Shown: one piece after another, positions 11,139-21,860 of the stretch
Numbering within the stretch: position 1 is the stretch's first letter
How the letters are laid out: every line of letters starts with the position of its first letter
Assembly: GCA_030536455.1 (NCBI GenBank)
Contig: JAUNPZ010000001.1
Location: forward strand, 5,811 to 65,627
Direction of reading: 5' to 3'
DNA length: 59,817 nucleotides
Origin: Lachnospiraceae bacterium
GTDB lineage: Bacteria; Bacillota; Clostridia; Lachnospirales; Lachnospiraceae
Notes under the pieces: generated by a model
Database searches by the model: none
Seen by the model: only the letters and a program-made list of their open reading frames with translations
What the model was told of the DNA's origin: nothing
Program-made: the position numbers and the translations under genes

Positions 11139-12123
11139 CCCCGTTCCTCCTTCCATTTCCCTGAAACAGCAGCCACAGGAAAAACGGTGCGCCCACGAAG
11201 GACAGGATAATTCCCGTGGGAATCTCATAAGGTGCAAATAAGGTCCTGGCCGCCAGGTCGCAGACCATCACGAAAAAGGCTCCGAATAATGCGGAAAACG
11301 GCAGCAGGTACCGGCACTCTTCTCCCACCAGCCTGCGGGCGATGTGAGGCGCGATCAGCCCCACAAAGCCTAAAAGTCCCGCAAAGCTTACGCTGGCCCC
11401 GGCCAGCGCCGATGCCAGCACCAGAAAAAGGAACTGGTATCTTCCCACGGAAAGCCCGATGCCCTTTGCCACCGGTTCTCCCAGGGAAAGCACCTCCAGT
11501 TCATCGGAAAGCAGGCAGACCAGCAGAATGACAAGCACGATCAGCACGCCCGCCGGAAGCAGAATCCGCCCAGTCACCGAGGTAAATCCGCCCAGCCGGA
11601 AGGCATAGGTTCCGGTCAGGGTATCCTCCTGGAGGGTGTGGACCACGTCCGCCGCCGCATTTAAAAAGCTGTTGGCGCAGACACCGGCCAGAATTAACGT
11701 CATCCGGGAGGCTCCCGTCTTCTTCGCCAGAAGAAAGATAAATAAGGTGGCTCCCAGCGCCCCGGCAAATGCCGCCGCAGGCACCATATAATACGACATG
11801 GGAAACAGCGCCGAACACAGCACCACGCCCAGTCCGGCACCGGCATTCACGCCGATGATATTGGGACTGGCCAGCGGATTCTGCAGCACGTTCTGAATCA
11901 GCACACCGGCCGATGCAAGCCCGGCCCCGGCCAGCCCGCAGGCGATGACGCGGGGAATCCGCACATGGAGCAGGATATTCCGAAAGGAAGCCTTCCCGCC
12001 GCCCATGAAAAGCTCCAGCATATCCGCAGGCGTGATGGCCACCGCCCCCGCACCGATGCAGAGGAGGAAGGCCGCCGCCGTAAGAAACGCCAAAAGCATC
12101 ATTTTATTTCGTTTCATTTTCAT
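11128..12123 (-). CDS. FecCD/BtuC family ABC permease
   Basis: RIPR, QNPLASPNIIGV, GFVGLIAPHIAR, EIPTG. Confidence 0.93.
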   Translation of the reverse strand: MKMKRNKMMLLAFLTAAAFLLCIGAGAVAITPADMLELFMGGGKASFRNILLHVRIPRVIACGLAGAGLASAGVLIQNVLQNPLASPNIIGVNAGAGLGVVLCSALFPMSYYMVPAAAFAGALGATLFIFLLAKKTGASRMTLILAGVCANSFLNAAADVVHTLQEDTLTGTYAFRLGGFTSVTGRILLPAGVLIVLVILLVCLLSDELEVLSLGEPVAKGIGLSVGRYQFLFLVLASALAGASVSFAGLLGFVGLIAPHIARRLVGEECRYLLPFSALFGAFFVMVCDLAARTLFAPYEIPTGIILSFVGAPFFLWLLFQGNGRRNGDGM

Positions 12124-13210
12124 CGGTTCCCTTCTCCGGGTACAGATAATCCGCCAGCATCCGGTAGCTCTCGGCCCAGCGCTGGTTCGGTTTATTGTGG
12201 AACATGTTCTTCGGAAGCACATAATAATGGCCCTCCGCCACCGCAGTCAGACTGCTCCAGGCCGGATTGTCCTGCAGCAGCGCCTTCACGCTGTCCAGCG
12301 CCGCCTGGTCATCCTTTCCCATGGTAGTAACGAAGATATACTCCGGGTCCTTTTCAAGGATCACCTCCATGCTCAGGTCATCCAAAAGATTCTCCTCACT
12401 GTCCGCAATATTCTCACAGCCCAGCTCCTTCAGCATGATCCCAGTCATGCTGTCGCTGCCCTTGGCCCTGGCTCCGCTCGAATACGCCCGGATAAATAAA
12501 ACCGTCGGATGGGAATCATCCTGCCTTGCAAGCTGCTCTGCAATCTCCTCCCGGAGCTGTACTCCGTACTGCTCGTAGCAGTCCTCTCTTCCGGTTATCT
12601 GGGTAAACAGGCGCAGCACCTTAAGGTAATCCTCAAAGGTCTCCACCGAATGATAGATGGTGCGGATACCGGCCCCTTCCAGCGCCTCCTGCATGGAGAC
12701 ATGCTCCTTCGTCTCTGCATTCAATACCGCCAGCTTCACATCAGCTTCCAGAAGCGTCTCCAGGCTGGGACTTTTCATGGCCCCGGCATTCACCGTCTCC
12801 TCTGTAAGCTGCACCTGGCGTCCGTCCTCATAAGCATCCTCCGTCACCACATCCAGCCGTCCTCCGGCAATGGACCAGATTTCCGCAAAGCTGCCATTTA
12901 AAACCGCCGTCTTCTCCTCCCCGCTGCGAATCCGCTCCAGCTCCTCTGCCTCCAGCACGATGGAGCGGCCCAGCGCATCCGTGTAAGTAATGGAGGAGGC
13001 CGCCGTCTGCGTTCCGTCTTCCGCGTTCCGGGCCGTCTGCGTCTCCGCTTCTGCCTGCTCAGTCACAGCTGGAACCACAGTAACCACTGCCGTCTCCATC
13101 TTCTCGCTTTCATTTCCGGCTCCGCAGCCCGGCACCGCTCCCAGCAGGAGCAGCGCGGCGCAGAGTGCGCCGATTTTCAGTCCCATCTTCTCAATCTCTA
13201 TCTTCTTCAC
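12104..13210 (-). CDS. ABC substrate-binding lipoprotein (BtuF/FepB-like), probably corrinoid-binding
   Basis: Lipoprotein-like signal ending VPGC; TDALGR, PSLETLL, LSMEVILEKDPEYI; lies in a B12-riboswitch operon. Confidence 0.88.
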   Translation of the reverse strand: MKKIEIEKMGLKIGALCAALLLLGAVPGCGAGNESEKMETAVVTVVPAVTEQAEAETQTARNAEDGTQTAASSITYTDALGRSIVLEAEELERIRSGEEKTAVLNGSFAEIWSIAGGRLDVVTEDAYEDGRQVQLTEETVNAGAMKSPSLETLLEADVKLAVLNAETKEHVSMQEALEGAGIRTIYHSVETFEDYLKVLRLFTQITGREDCYEQYGVQLREEIAEQLARQDDSHPTVLFIRAYSSGARAKGSDSMTGIMLKELGCENIADSEENLLDDLSMEVILEKDPEYIFVTTMGKDDQAALDSVKALLQDNPAWSSLTAVAEGHYYVLPKNMFHNKPNQRWAESYRMLADYLYPEKGTDENETK

Positions 13211-13246
13211 CGTTTACGTTCCGCTCCTTATCGTTTCTTTTCCTGA

Positions 13247-13298
13247 TTGCTTTTCATTTTACTTTTCGTTTTGCTTTTCATTCTGCTTTTCGTTCTGC
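13247..13298. repeat. 12-bp tandem repeat (QNEK) spanning the cbiK-cbiL stop codon
   Basis: ttgcttttcatt/ttacttttcgtt/ttgcttttcatt/ctgcttttcgtt. Confidence 0.85.
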
Positions 13299-14785
13299 TC
13301 TTTCTCCAAATCCTTCACCAGAATCGTCGTAAAATACCCGGCGTTCTCATCCAGCTCCCGGATATCCCGGCAGACCACCTCGTCGGCCATGCCGCAGTTG
13401 GTCACCGCCATGGCGCGGCATCGTCCCTCCTCCTGCAGCCCGGACAACAGACGCTTCACCTCCGCCGTCCGTCCTGCGGATTTCATCAGGATCTTACTTC
13501 CGGGCAGACTGCTTAACTCCTGCTCATAGCTGCCCGGCAGGATGTGGATGGCTTCCTTTCTCGCCCCCAGCGGCTCCTCCAAAACGGCCGCCACCGCGCA
13601 GAAGGAGGGGACGCCGCTGACCAGCTTCGCCTCCAGCCCCAGACTGCGGATTCTCCGGTGCAGCTCCATATAGGTTCCGTAGATGACCGGGTCCCCCAGA
13701 TTTAAAAAGGCAATCCTTCTGCTGTCCCGCAGCTCCCCGGCCAGCGCCTTTGCCCCGGCCTCATATGCGGCATCCAGAAGCTCCCGGTTCTTCGTCATCG
13801 GCACCGGAACCGGAAGAACCGGCTTTTCCCTGATTTCCGGCACCGCCTGCACCGCAATCTGCCAGGCTGTACAGGAAGCGGCATCCTTTGCCGGAATTCC
13901 GATGCTGTCACATTCCCGCAGGATTCTCACCGCCTTTAAGGTCAAAAGCTCCGGGTCGCCCGGCCCGATTCCCACACCATATAACACTCCGCCCAGCAGT
14001 TTCTTCATCTTATCCAGGTAAATCCGGCGAAACTGCGGAAATTCACCCAGCCCCTTCACATAAGCATTTACCTCAAAGCCCTCCTGCCGCAGACGGGACA
14101 CATAGGAATCCTCCTCTCCCGCCATATCCTTCCTGGCATGGTCTCCCGCAACCACCATCAGCGGATAGAGGACAACCGGCTTTGGTGTACCATCCCCATT
14201 TCCGCCGCTCTTTATCTCCGCAACCGCATCCTCCAGATCCGGCTTCGCCTCCACGGAAGCGATGCGCACGTTCCAAAAGCCCGCACGGTGAAGGGCTGCA
14301 TTTAGCTGGGCATACCGGCAGTTGGCCTCCGCCTCCGTGCCGTGTCCCATCAGAATATATTCCTTGTCCGGTTCAAACCCATACATTTCCTTCAGAACTG
14401 GAATCAGCCGCTCACAATCCTCCTCCCGGTCCAAAACCGGCGTGGTGATATCCACCCGCTTGAAACGCTCCGCCTGGGCCTCCACCATCCGGCACAGCTT
14501 TTCATACTCCAGGCCGGGAATCATGTGCGTCGCCACCACCAAAAGCCGCTCCGCCCCGCTCTCAGCCGCCTTCTCCAGCGCCTGTGGAACCGTATCGATG
14601 AAAAGCTGCTCCCCGGCCAGCTTTCGGATTATCATGCCGCTGGTATAGGCCTGCCCAATATAGCTGAGCTGCAGCCCCATGGTCTTCGCAGCCGCCGTCA
14701 CCTCGCGGAAAATGCAGTCCAGGCTGTTCTCTCTCGCTTCCTTATAACTGGTTCCAAAACTAATTAACAGAACTGCTGTTTTCAT
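13259..14785 (-). CDS. cbiK/cbiL: Fusion of sirohydrochlorin cobaltochelatase CbiK and cobalt-precorrin-2 C20-methyltransferase CbiL
   Basis: LLISFGTSY, LMGHGT, VVAGDHA (CbiK); LYGVGIGPGDPELLTLKA, LGDPVIYGTY (CbiL). Confidence 0.93.
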   Translation of the reverse strand: MKTAVLLISFGTSYKEARENSLDCIFREVTAAAKTMGLQLSYIGQAYTSGMIIRKLAGEQLFIDTVPQALEKAAESGAERLLVVATHMIPGLEYEKLCRMVEAQAERFKRVDITTPVLDREEDCERLIPVLKEMYGFEPDKEYILMGHGTEAEANCRYAQLNAALHRAGFWNVRIASVEAKPDLEDAVAEIKSGGNGDGTPKPVVLYPLMVVAGDHARKDMAGEEDSYVSRLRQEGFEVNAYVKGLGEFPQFRRIYLDKMKKLLGGVLYGVGIGPGDPELLTLKAVRILRECDSIGIPAKDAASCTAWQIAVQAVPEIREKPVLPVPVPMTKNRELLDAAYEAGAKALAGELRDSRRIAFLNLGDPVIYGTYMELHRRIRSLGLEAKLVSGVPSFCAVAAVLEEPLGARKEAIHILPGSYEQELSSLPGSKILMKSAGRTAEVKRLLSGLQEEGRCRAMAVTNCGMADEVVCRDIRELDENAGYFTTILVKDLEKEQNEKQNEKQNEK

Positions 14786-14837
14786 TCCTGATTCCTTTCT
14801 CTAACTGCTTTTGTTTCATAGGACGCACTTTCCAATG

Positions 14838-14872
14838 AAAAAAAGCCTGCACTCGCGCCACCGCGACTGCAG
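14838..14872 (-). terminator. Leader attenuator terminator of the cobalamin riboswitch
   Basis: Minus strand CTGCAGTCGCG-GTGG-CGCGAGTGCAG then GCTTTTTTT. Confidence 0.75.
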
Positions 14873-14994
14873 ACCGGTCCGCCCTCTTTTCCGGCATCCA
14901 AACAGCTCCCCCAGGAAAACACATCCCCCTGCGGGCCCTCATGCCGTGGGCATCTCCATAAGTCCTTCTGTCCATCGCAGAATCTTACGCATCC

Positions 14995-15185
14995 GGCAAA
15001 AGGCAGGTCTTCTGACTCAAGCGCATCCTCTCTTCTCCGTCTTCCCGTTTTCACAGTGACTGCCATCCGGCAGGAAAAGATGCATCGCTCTTACAGCGGC
15101 GGGACCGTCCGGGATTTTCACCCGATTCCCTATTATCCTGATCCCCGGCAGCATCCCCTGCCGGACCAGGCACCTTTGTACCTTT
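14995..15185 (-). ncRNA. Cobalamin (AdoCbl) riboswitch
   Basis: Minus strand AAGGTG...AATAGGGAATCGGGTGAAAATCCCGGACGGTCCCGCCGCTGTAA...AGTCACTG...GGGAAG...GAGTCAGAAGACCTGCC (B12 box), upstream of the cob operon. Confidence 0.95.
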
Positions 15186-15205
15186 GATTTTTATAAATAT
15201 GGTAT

Positions 15206-15234
15206 ATGGTAACACATCAGACCACATTTTGCAA
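15206..15234 (-). promoter_or_regulatory. Putative sigma-A promoter of the cob operon
   Basis: TTGCAA-17 bp-TACCAT with extended TG, just 5' of the riboswitch. Confidence 0.6.
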
Positions 15235-15263
15235 TTTGATATCAAAAAAAATATACTCAATAC

Positions 15264-15318
15264 CAGCTTCCGATAAGCGAACCGGAGTGACGGCTTCTGA
15301 TGGTCTGCTTCACGGCGT
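15264..15318 (+). repeat. Second, partial copy of the 192-246 repeat arm
   Basis: 50/55 identity to 192-246 by manual alignment, same orientation. Confidence 0.92.
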
Positions 15319-15434
15319 ACCAATAACCATCAAATCAGAACGCAAATTTCTCTTTTCTAGTAGACTTGCCCGCCATTTCGCATTATAATATATTGGTTAA
15401 GAAAATGTTAAAATGTAGAAAGGGGAACTTTGAT

Positions 15435-16199
15435 ATGCCTTACTGTCCGAATTGCGACATGGAATTCATCGACGGTGTGACTACCTGCTCCGACTGTGGC
15501 CGCCCGCTCTTTGAATCCGAAGCAGCAGCCAAAAAATACATGCAGGAGGAACACGAAAAAGCCATAAGAAGCATCGTAAAGCGTCAGATGGAAGAGATGT
15601 CTGCCCAGGATTCCTGGTCCGCGGAATTTGACGAATCCGAGGAATCGCCGGAACAGCAGACCGCCCTTCCGGTTATGGAGCAGCCCCGCAGAAGAAGAGT
15701 GCAGTCCTACTCCGGCCTCTATGTGAAAAAATCCGAGCGCTATGCAGAGATGAAGTCCTCTGCCTCCGCTTTCCTGGTAATCGGCTGCGCCACGCTGGCC
15801 GCCGCCATCCTGTGCTTTGCCGGAATCATTCCGATTGCCGCCTCCGCCAAGATGACCTTCGCCGGAGTCTTAGGCGCCATCGGCGTCCTCTGCCTCCTGA
15901 TCTTCCTGAAGACGAAGAAGGCAGCCGCCGCCATGAAGGAGGAGGTTGAGCTGGAAAACCAGAAAACCGAAAAGCTGATCAGCAGCTTCCTGGCCTCCCA
16001 CACCGCCAGAAGCCTGGACAAGGAGCTTTCCAGGTACCTGGCCCGCTACGGAAAGATCACCCCGGAGGAGCTGAGTTTAAAGCGTTATGAGCTGATTCAG
16101 GATTACCTGATCACGGAAAATGACCTCTCCGACCAGTCCTATGTGGATTCGCTGAGTGAGGAAATCTATAATAAATTATACTCCGAAACAACTTCATAA
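15435..16199 (+). CDS. Membrane protein with N-terminal zinc ribbon
   Basis: CPNC...CSDC, two hydrophobic helices; AGGGGA RBS. Confidence 0.85.
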   Translation: MPYCPNCDMEFIDGVTTCSDCGRPLFESEAAAKKYMQEEHEKAIRSIVKRQMEEMSAQDSWSAEFDESEESPEQQTALPVMEQPRRRRVQSYSGLYVKKSERYAEMKSSASAFLVIGCATLAAAILCFAGIIPIAASAKMTFAGVLGAIGVLCLLIFLKTKKAAAAMKEEVELENQKTEKLISSFLASHTARSLDKELSRYLARYGKITPEELSLKRYELIQDYLITENDLSDQSYVDSLSEEIYNKLYSETTS

Positions 16200-16202
16200 A
16201 AT

Positions 16203-16248
16203 GCCGGAAGGGCCGCTCACGTTTCATCCGTGATGCGGCCCTTCCGGC
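16203..16248. terminator. Hairpin between convergent genes
   Basis: GCCGGAAGGGCCGC...GCGGCCCTTCCGGC. Confidence 0.75.
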
Positions 16249-16299
16249 GGTAATTCCGCTTATATTCTTTTTTCCTTCTGCTTTGCTCTTATCAACCGC

Positions 16300-16764
16300 T
16301 TACAGCAGCGCTTCCTTAATCTTCAGCACAACCTTCTTTACGGCCTCCGGCTCGCCGGCTGCAGCGCCCGGACGATGGATGTCGTTGGAGAAGAATACGC
16401 AGTAGGAACCGGCGGTTACATCTACAAAGTTCTCATCCTTCAGATTCTTGTAGAAGCATACGTCCTTGCCCTCCGGATTCTCCAGAATCTCCTCGGAACC
16501 GGTATATGGAACATAGCCCATACGCTCCTTGCCGGATACGATGTACTGGATGTCCAGATATAAATCATGCTTCTCCGGGCGGCGCTTGTCTACCGGCTGG
16601 GTGGTGATTTCCTGTACCATCGCGTAGATATCACGGCCCTCGATCTCGTAGGTTCCGGCTTCCATCGCCTCTAAATCCTGGCTCTTTAACCAGTCAACGG
16701 CCTTCTGGATTGCCTGTGGATACTGATAAGGACACTCTGCTGCTTTTAAGGATGCTAAAATCAT
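16300..16764 (-). CDS. YhcH/YjgK/YiaL family protein
   Basis: PEKHDLYLDIQYIVSGKE, FFSNDIHRP, VKKVVLKI. Confidence 0.9.
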   Translation of the reverse strand: MILASLKAAECPYQYPQAIQKAVDWLKSQDLEAMEAGTYEIEGRDIYAMVQEITTQPVDKRRPEKHDLYLDIQYIVSGKERMGYVPYTGSEEILENPEGKDVCFYKNLKDENFVDVTAGSYCVFFSNDIHRPGAAAGEPEAVKKVVLKIKEALL

Positions 16765-16877
16765 AGTAAATACCTTCCTTTCTTTTCTCGGCCTCTTCGG
16801 CTTGTACGTTACCTTCATCTTACCACAAATTGAATTATTTTGCCAGTATTTGTATACAAATTTTCTCAAAGGTTTAT

Positions 16878-16906
16878 TTGACTGTTCTCGCAAAAAATTC
16901 TATAAT
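16878..16906 (+). promoter_or_regulatory. Putative sigma-A promoter of glgX
   Basis: TTGACT-17 bp-TATAAT. Confidence 0.7.
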
Positions 16907-16972
16907 AATAAACATAGAGTCCGTATTTGTCTAACAGATTAAACCTGCTGCATGCAGGAGACAGGAGATTTT

Positions 16973-19105
16973 ATGAAATTATATACACAAAAGCTGACCT
17001 TCTCTTCCCCGGAATCCATCCGTCCCATGGATGAAGCCGGCGGTTTTCCCATTCGTCCGGGCATGTTCGACGTAAATGGAGCCATGGCGCTGCCCTTCGG
17101 CGTAAACTTTACCATCCATACCCACAGCGGTACGAGCTGCCAGCTCCTTTTATTCCACCGCGGCGAGGAGGAGCCTTACGCCATCCTTCCCTTCCCCGAT
17201 TCCTACAAAATCGGAGATGTGTATTCCATGATTGTATTCGGCCTGAATATCGAGGATTTTGAATATGCCTACCAGATTGACGGCCCCTACGACCCGAAAA
17301 AGGGCCTGCTCTTTAACAAAAACAACATCATTCTGGACCCTTACGCCATGGCCATCGCCGGGCAGCGTATCTGGGGCCAGAAGAAAAAGGGCAGCTACCA
17401 CGCCCGTGTGGTAAAGGATATTTTTGACTGGGGCCGGATGCCGCAGTCCACCCGCGACATGAGCGATCTGATCATTTACGAGCTGCATGTCCGCGGCTTT
17501 ACCCGCCACCCTTCCTCCGGGGTCCGGCATCCCGGAACCTTCGCCGGGCTGAAGGAAAAGATTCCTTACCTGAAGGAGCTGGGAATCAATGCGGTGGAGC
17601 TGATGCCGGTTTTCGAATTTGACGAATCCATCAATTCCAGAGAGGTGGACGGCCAGACGCTTCTGGAATACTGGGGCTATAACACCGTAAGCTTTTTTGC
17701 TCCCAACACCAGCTACAATTCCACCGATGAATATAACCGGGAAGGCACGGAGCTGAAGGAATTAATCAAGGCTCTCCACGACAACGGCATCGAGGTCATC
17801 CTGGATGTGGTGTTCAACCACACGGCGGAGGGAAATGAAAACGGTCCTGTCTTCTGCTTCAAGGGCCTTGACAACAAGGTTTATTACATGCTGACGCCGG
17901 AGGGAAATTACTATAATTTCAGCGGCTGCGGAAATACCTTAAACTGCAACCACCCCATCGTCCAGCAGATGATTCTGGAATGTCTCCGCTACTGGACCGT
18001 CAATTACCGGGTGGACGGCTTCCGTTTCGACTTAGCCAGCATCCTAGGCCGGAATGAGAACGGCTCCCCCATGAACAATCCGCCCCTTCTCCGCAGCCTA
18101 GCCTACGACCCGCTTTTAAGCAATGTCAAGCTGATTGCGGAGGCCTGGGACGCCGGCGGCATGTATCAGGTGGGACGTTTTCCTGCCAGCAAGCGGTGGT
18201 CGGAATGGAACGGACGCTACCGCGACTCCATGAGAGCCTATTTAAAGGGCGAAAACTGGGAGGCCTGGACGGCGGCGTGGAGCATCTGCGGCTCCGGCGA
18301 CCTGTACGGCGGCATGGACCCGGATTATGCCGGAAATTATGCCGGCTACGATGCCTGCGTAAACTTCTTAACCTGCCATGACGGCTTTACCCTCTACGAC
18401 CTGTACGCTTATAATGAAAAGCATAACGAGAGCAACGGCTGGAACAACACCGACGGCGCCAATGATAACCGAAGCTGGAACTGCGGCGCAGAAGGAAACA
18501 CCAACGACCCGGAGGTATTGAACTTACGCTTCCGGATGATACGGAATGCCGCCGCCGTGCTTCTGTGCAGCCGGGGAACCCCCATGTTCTTAGCCGGGGA
18601 TGAATTCGGGAACACCCAGTTCGGAAACAACAACAGCTACTGCCACGATAATGAAATCTCCTGGCTGGACTGGTCGCTTCTGGACAAAAACCGGGATTTA
18701 TTCGAATTCTTCAAATTTATGATTGCCTACCGGCAGAAGCATCCGGTCATCCGGAAGCGCCTGCCCGACGCCGTCTGCGGCGTGGACCCCATTCATGCCC
18801 ATAATCTCAATGCAGACGATACCAACATCCCGCGGGATGCCAGAACCATCGGAATCAGCTTTGTGGGCTATGACACCTTAAAGCAGCGGGACGACATGAT
18901 TTTTATCAGCGTCAACACCCACTGGGAGCATGTGTCCATCTCCCTGCCCCGCCTTCCGAAAACAGGCCGCTGGTACTTAAGCGTGGACACCTCCGGAGAT
19001 GAAAACGGACGCTTCTTCTACTCCGAATCCGAGGAACGCCCAATCTTCGGGAACTATGTGATGCGCCCCCGGACGGTCGCCATCTTCACCATGAAGCCCT
19101 ACTAA
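16973..19105 (+). CDS. glgX: Glycogen debranching enzyme (GH13 isoamylase type)
   Basis: YELHVRGFT, YWGYNT, DVVFNHTAEG, DGFRFDLAS, AEAWDAGG, HDGFTL. Confidence 0.95.
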   Translation: MKLYTQKLTFSSPESIRPMDEAGGFPIRPGMFDVNGAMALPFGVNFTIHTHSGTSCQLLLFHRGEEEPYAILPFPDSYKIGDVYSMIVFGLNIEDFEYAYQIDGPYDPKKGLLFNKNNIILDPYAMAIAGQRIWGQKKKGSYHARVVKDIFDWGRMPQSTRDMSDLIIYELHVRGFTRHPSSGVRHPGTFAGLKEKIPYLKELGINAVELMPVFEFDESINSREVDGQTLLEYWGYNTVSFFAPNTSYNSTDEYNREGTELKELIKALHDNGIEVILDVVFNHTAEGNENGPVFCFKGLDNKVYYMLTPEGNYYNFSGCGNTLNCNHPIVQQMILECLRYWTVNYRVDGFRFDLASILGRNENGSPMNNPPLLRSLAYDPLLSNVKLIAEAWDAGGMYQVGRFPASKRWSEWNGRYRDSMRAYLKGENWEAWTAAWSICGSGDLYGGMDPDYAGNYAGYDACVNFLTCHDGFTLYDLYAYNEKHNESNGWNNTDGANDNRSWNCGAEGNTNDPEVLNLRFRMIRNAAAVLLCSRGTPMFLAGDEFGNTQFGNNNSYCHDNEISWLDWSLLDKNRDLFEFFKFMIAYRQKHPVIRKRLPDAVCGVDPIHAHNLNADDTNIPRDARTIGISFVGYDTLKQRDDMIFISVNTHWEHVSISLPRLPKTGRWYLSVDTSGDENGRFFYSESEERPIFGNYVMRPRTVAIFTMKPY

Positions 19106-19113
19106 ATCCACAG

Positions 19114-19165
19114 ACTCCCCCCGGATGCTCCGGCCTTCTGCCGGGCCCTCCGGGAGCTTTTTAAA
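19114..19165 (+). terminator. Putative intrinsic terminator after glgX
   Basis: Imperfect GC stem followed by TTTTT. Confidence 0.55.
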
Positions 19166-19441
19166 GCGCCAATAGTAAAAAGTAACAAATTTCCAGATAA
19201 TGTCCGATTCCTTCATCCGGCAAAGTTTATCAGAATCTTTTTTTATACGGCATAAAAAGGATGCCTTTTCGTCATTTTATACAATCTTTACAAATCCACT
19301 CTATATATTACAAAAAAATTAAACATTTTACGCAGAGAGGGCTGGGATTTTCCCGTATTTTGTGGTACAATTTTCTTGTTAAACTGTAATTGCATAAGAA
19401 AAGTAATTACGAGTATTTAAAATAATCCAGGGGGAAATATT

Positions 19442-20650
19442 ATGGCAAAAGAAATGATAGCAATGCTTCTTGCCGGCGGACAGGGTTCCCGTTTATATGC
19501 GTTGACCCAGAAGCTGGCAAAACCTGCAGTTCCTTTTGGCGGTAAATATCGTATCATCGATTTTCCGTTATCAAACTGCGTAAACTCCGGCATCGATACC
19601 GTAGGTATCCTGACCCAGTACCAGCCGCTGGTATTAAACGAGTATATCGGCAATGGACAGCCTTGGGATTTAGACCGTCTGTACGGAGGCGTTCATGTGC
19701 TTCCGCCTTACCAGAAGGCATCCGGCTCTGACTGGTACAAAGGCACGGCAAATGCCATTTACCAGAATATTTCATTTATCGAGCGCTACAACCCACAGTA
19801 TGTAATCATCCTGTCCGGCGACCAGATCTGCAAGCAGGACTACAGCGATTTCCTTCGTTTCCACAAGGAAAAGGGCGCAGAATTCAGCGTAGCCGTTATG
19901 GAGGTTCCGTGGGATGAGGCATCCCGTTTCGGCCTGATGGTTGCAGACGAGAACGACCGCATTACCGAATTCCAGGAGAAGCCGAAGAACCCGAAGTCCA
20001 ACCTGGCTTCCATGGGTATCTATATCTTCAACTGGGACATCTTAAGAAAATATCTGATCGAGGACGAGGCCGATCCGGAATCCGAGAACGACTTCGGAAA
20101 CAACATCATTCCAAACCTTCTGCGTGACGGACGTAAGATGTATGCTTACCACTTCAGCGGATACTGGAAGGATGTAGGAACCATCTCCTCCCTGTGGGAA
20201 GCAAACATGGAGGTTCTGGATCCGGAGCACAGCGGCATCAACCTGTTTGACGAGAACTGGAAGATTTACAGCCGCAACAGCGGTATGACCGGACACCGCA
20301 TCAGCGAGGGCGCTGTGGTAGAAAACTCCATGATCACCGATGGCTGCCGCATTGCCGGTGACATCAAGCACTCCGTCCTGTTCGCAGGCGTCAACGTAGA
20401 GCCAGGCGCGGTGGTAGAAGATGCTGTTGTTATGGGCGGCACCACCATCAAATCAGGCGCTGTGGTGAAGCATTGTATCGTAGCAGAAAATGTGGTAATT
20501 GGTGAGAATGCAGTAGTTGGAGCAATGCCTGCCGACGGCGAAAAAGGCGTTGCAACCATCGGTTCCGGTGTTTACATCGGTGACAATGCAAAAATCGGCC
20601 CGAATGCCATGGTAAATAGTAATGTAAAAGGCGGTGAAGAACAATGGTAA
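19442..20650 (+). CDS. glgC: Glucose-1-phosphate adenylyltransferase
   Basis: [41 protein letters not shown]. Confidence 0.97.
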   Translation: MAKEMIAMLLAGGQGSRLYALTQKLAKPAVPFGGKYRIIDFPLSNCVNSGIDTVGILTQYQPLVLNEYIGNGQPWDLDRLYGGVHVLPPYQKASGSDWYKGTANAIYQNISFIERYNPQYVIILSGDQICKQDYSDFLRFHKEKGAEFSVAVMEVPWDEASRFGLMVADENDRITEFQEKPKNPKSNLASMGIYIFNWDILRKYLIEDEADPESENDFGNNIIPNLLRDGRKMYAYHFSGYWKDVGTISSLWEANMEVLDPEHSGINLFDENWKIYSRNSGMTGHRISEGAVVENSMITDGCRIAGDIKHSVLFAGVNVEPGAVVEDAVVMGGTTIKSGAVVKHCIVAENVVIGENAVVGAMPADGEKGVATIGSGVYIGDNAKIGPNAMVNSNVKGGEEQW

Positions 20651-21786
20651 ATTCCAACTCCAATGCACTGGGCATCATTTTCCCAAACAGTTATGATAAT
20701 CTGGTTCCGGAACTGGTAGGCGAGCGTCTGATGGCTTCCATCCCATTCGCAAGCCGTTATCGTCTGGTAGACTTCATTCTTTCCAGCATGGTAAACTGCG
20801 GAATCGACAATGTTTCTTTAGTTGCAAAGAATAATTACCATTCTCTGATGGACCACTTAGGCGCAGGCCGCGCATGGGATTTAGTCCGCAAAAAAGGCGG
20901 CTTGAACATCTTCCCTCCATATTCAGAGAAGGGCGTTTCCATCTACACCGGACGTGTGGAGGCTCTGGCCAGCATCCTTCCATTCATCCAGGACCAGAAG
21001 GAAAAGTATGTGATTCTGGCAGATGCCAATATCGCAGCAAACTTTGATTTTAACGCGCTGATCCAGGCGCATCAGGAAAGCGGCGCAGACGTAACCGTAG
21101 CGTACACGGAAGGTGAGATTCCGCAGGGCCTGTTAAATCTGCCTCCGGTTGGAAGCGATTTATACTACACCTTAAACATCGAGGACGGCCGTGTATCCAA
21201 GATTTACATGAACTACAAGGAAGCCGGCGCTCAGAATCTCTCCATGAACATCTATGTGATGGAAAGAGAATTCCTGATCAACCAGATTCATACCGCTTTC
21301 GTCCGTGGATATACTTACTTTGAGCGCGACATCCTGGCTCCTCAGTTAGACGTTCTGAACGTGCATGCCTTCAAGTTTGAAGGCTACGCAGCACGCATCT
21401 GCGATATGAAGAGCTACTTCGATGAGAACATGAAGATGTTAGACGACGCGAATGTAGACGGCCTGTTCGCTCCAAGCCCGGTTTACACCAAGATTCGTGA
21501 CGACAACCCGACCCGCTACATCACAGGCGCACACGCTAAGAACATCATGGCTGCCGATGGCTGTGTCATCGAGGGCGATGTAGAGAACAGCATCCTGTTC
21601 CGCGGCGTTAAGGTTGGCAAGGGCGCAGTGGTAAAGAACTGTGTTCTGATGCAGGATACCGTTGTAGAAGCAGGCGCAAAGATTGAATACCTGATTACCG
21701 ATAAGAAGGTTACCATCTCCGCTGACAAAGAGTTGAAGGGCACCGACACCTTCCCGGTATTTGTCGCAAAGGGCCAGACCGTATAA
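20644..21786 (+). CDS. glgD: Glucose-1-phosphate adenylyltransferase subunit GlgD
   Basis: [31 protein letters not shown]; overlaps glgC. Confidence 0.95.
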   Translation: MVNSNSNALGIIFPNSYDNLVPELVGERLMASIPFASRYRLVDFILSSMVNCGIDNVSLVAKNNYHSLMDHLGAGRAWDLVRKKGGLNIFPPYSEKGVSIYTGRVEALASILPFIQDQKEKYVILADANIAANFDFNALIQAHQESGADVTVAYTEGEIPQGLLNLPPVGSDLYYTLNIEDGRVSKIYMNYKEAGAQNLSMNIYVMEREFLINQIHTAFVRGYTYFERDILAPQLDVLNVHAFKFEGYAARICDMKSYFDENMKMLDDANVDGLFAPSPVYTKIRDDNPTRYITGAHAKNIMAADGCVIEGDVENSILFRGVKVGKGAVVKNCVLMQDTVVEAGAKIEYLITDKKVTISADKELKGTDTFPVFVAKGQTV

Positions 21787-21860
21787 GCCTGCGGACACAG
21801 GAAGCAATACCGAACTAAAATCAAGCCATTCAAAATCAAACCGTTTCACACGGAAACTTT

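Noticed and set aside
16300-16764. Sialic acid utilisation locus (YhcH protein plus the esterase at 37279-38109)
   Set aside because: The genes are 20 kb apart and no nanA/nanE/nanK or transporter is present
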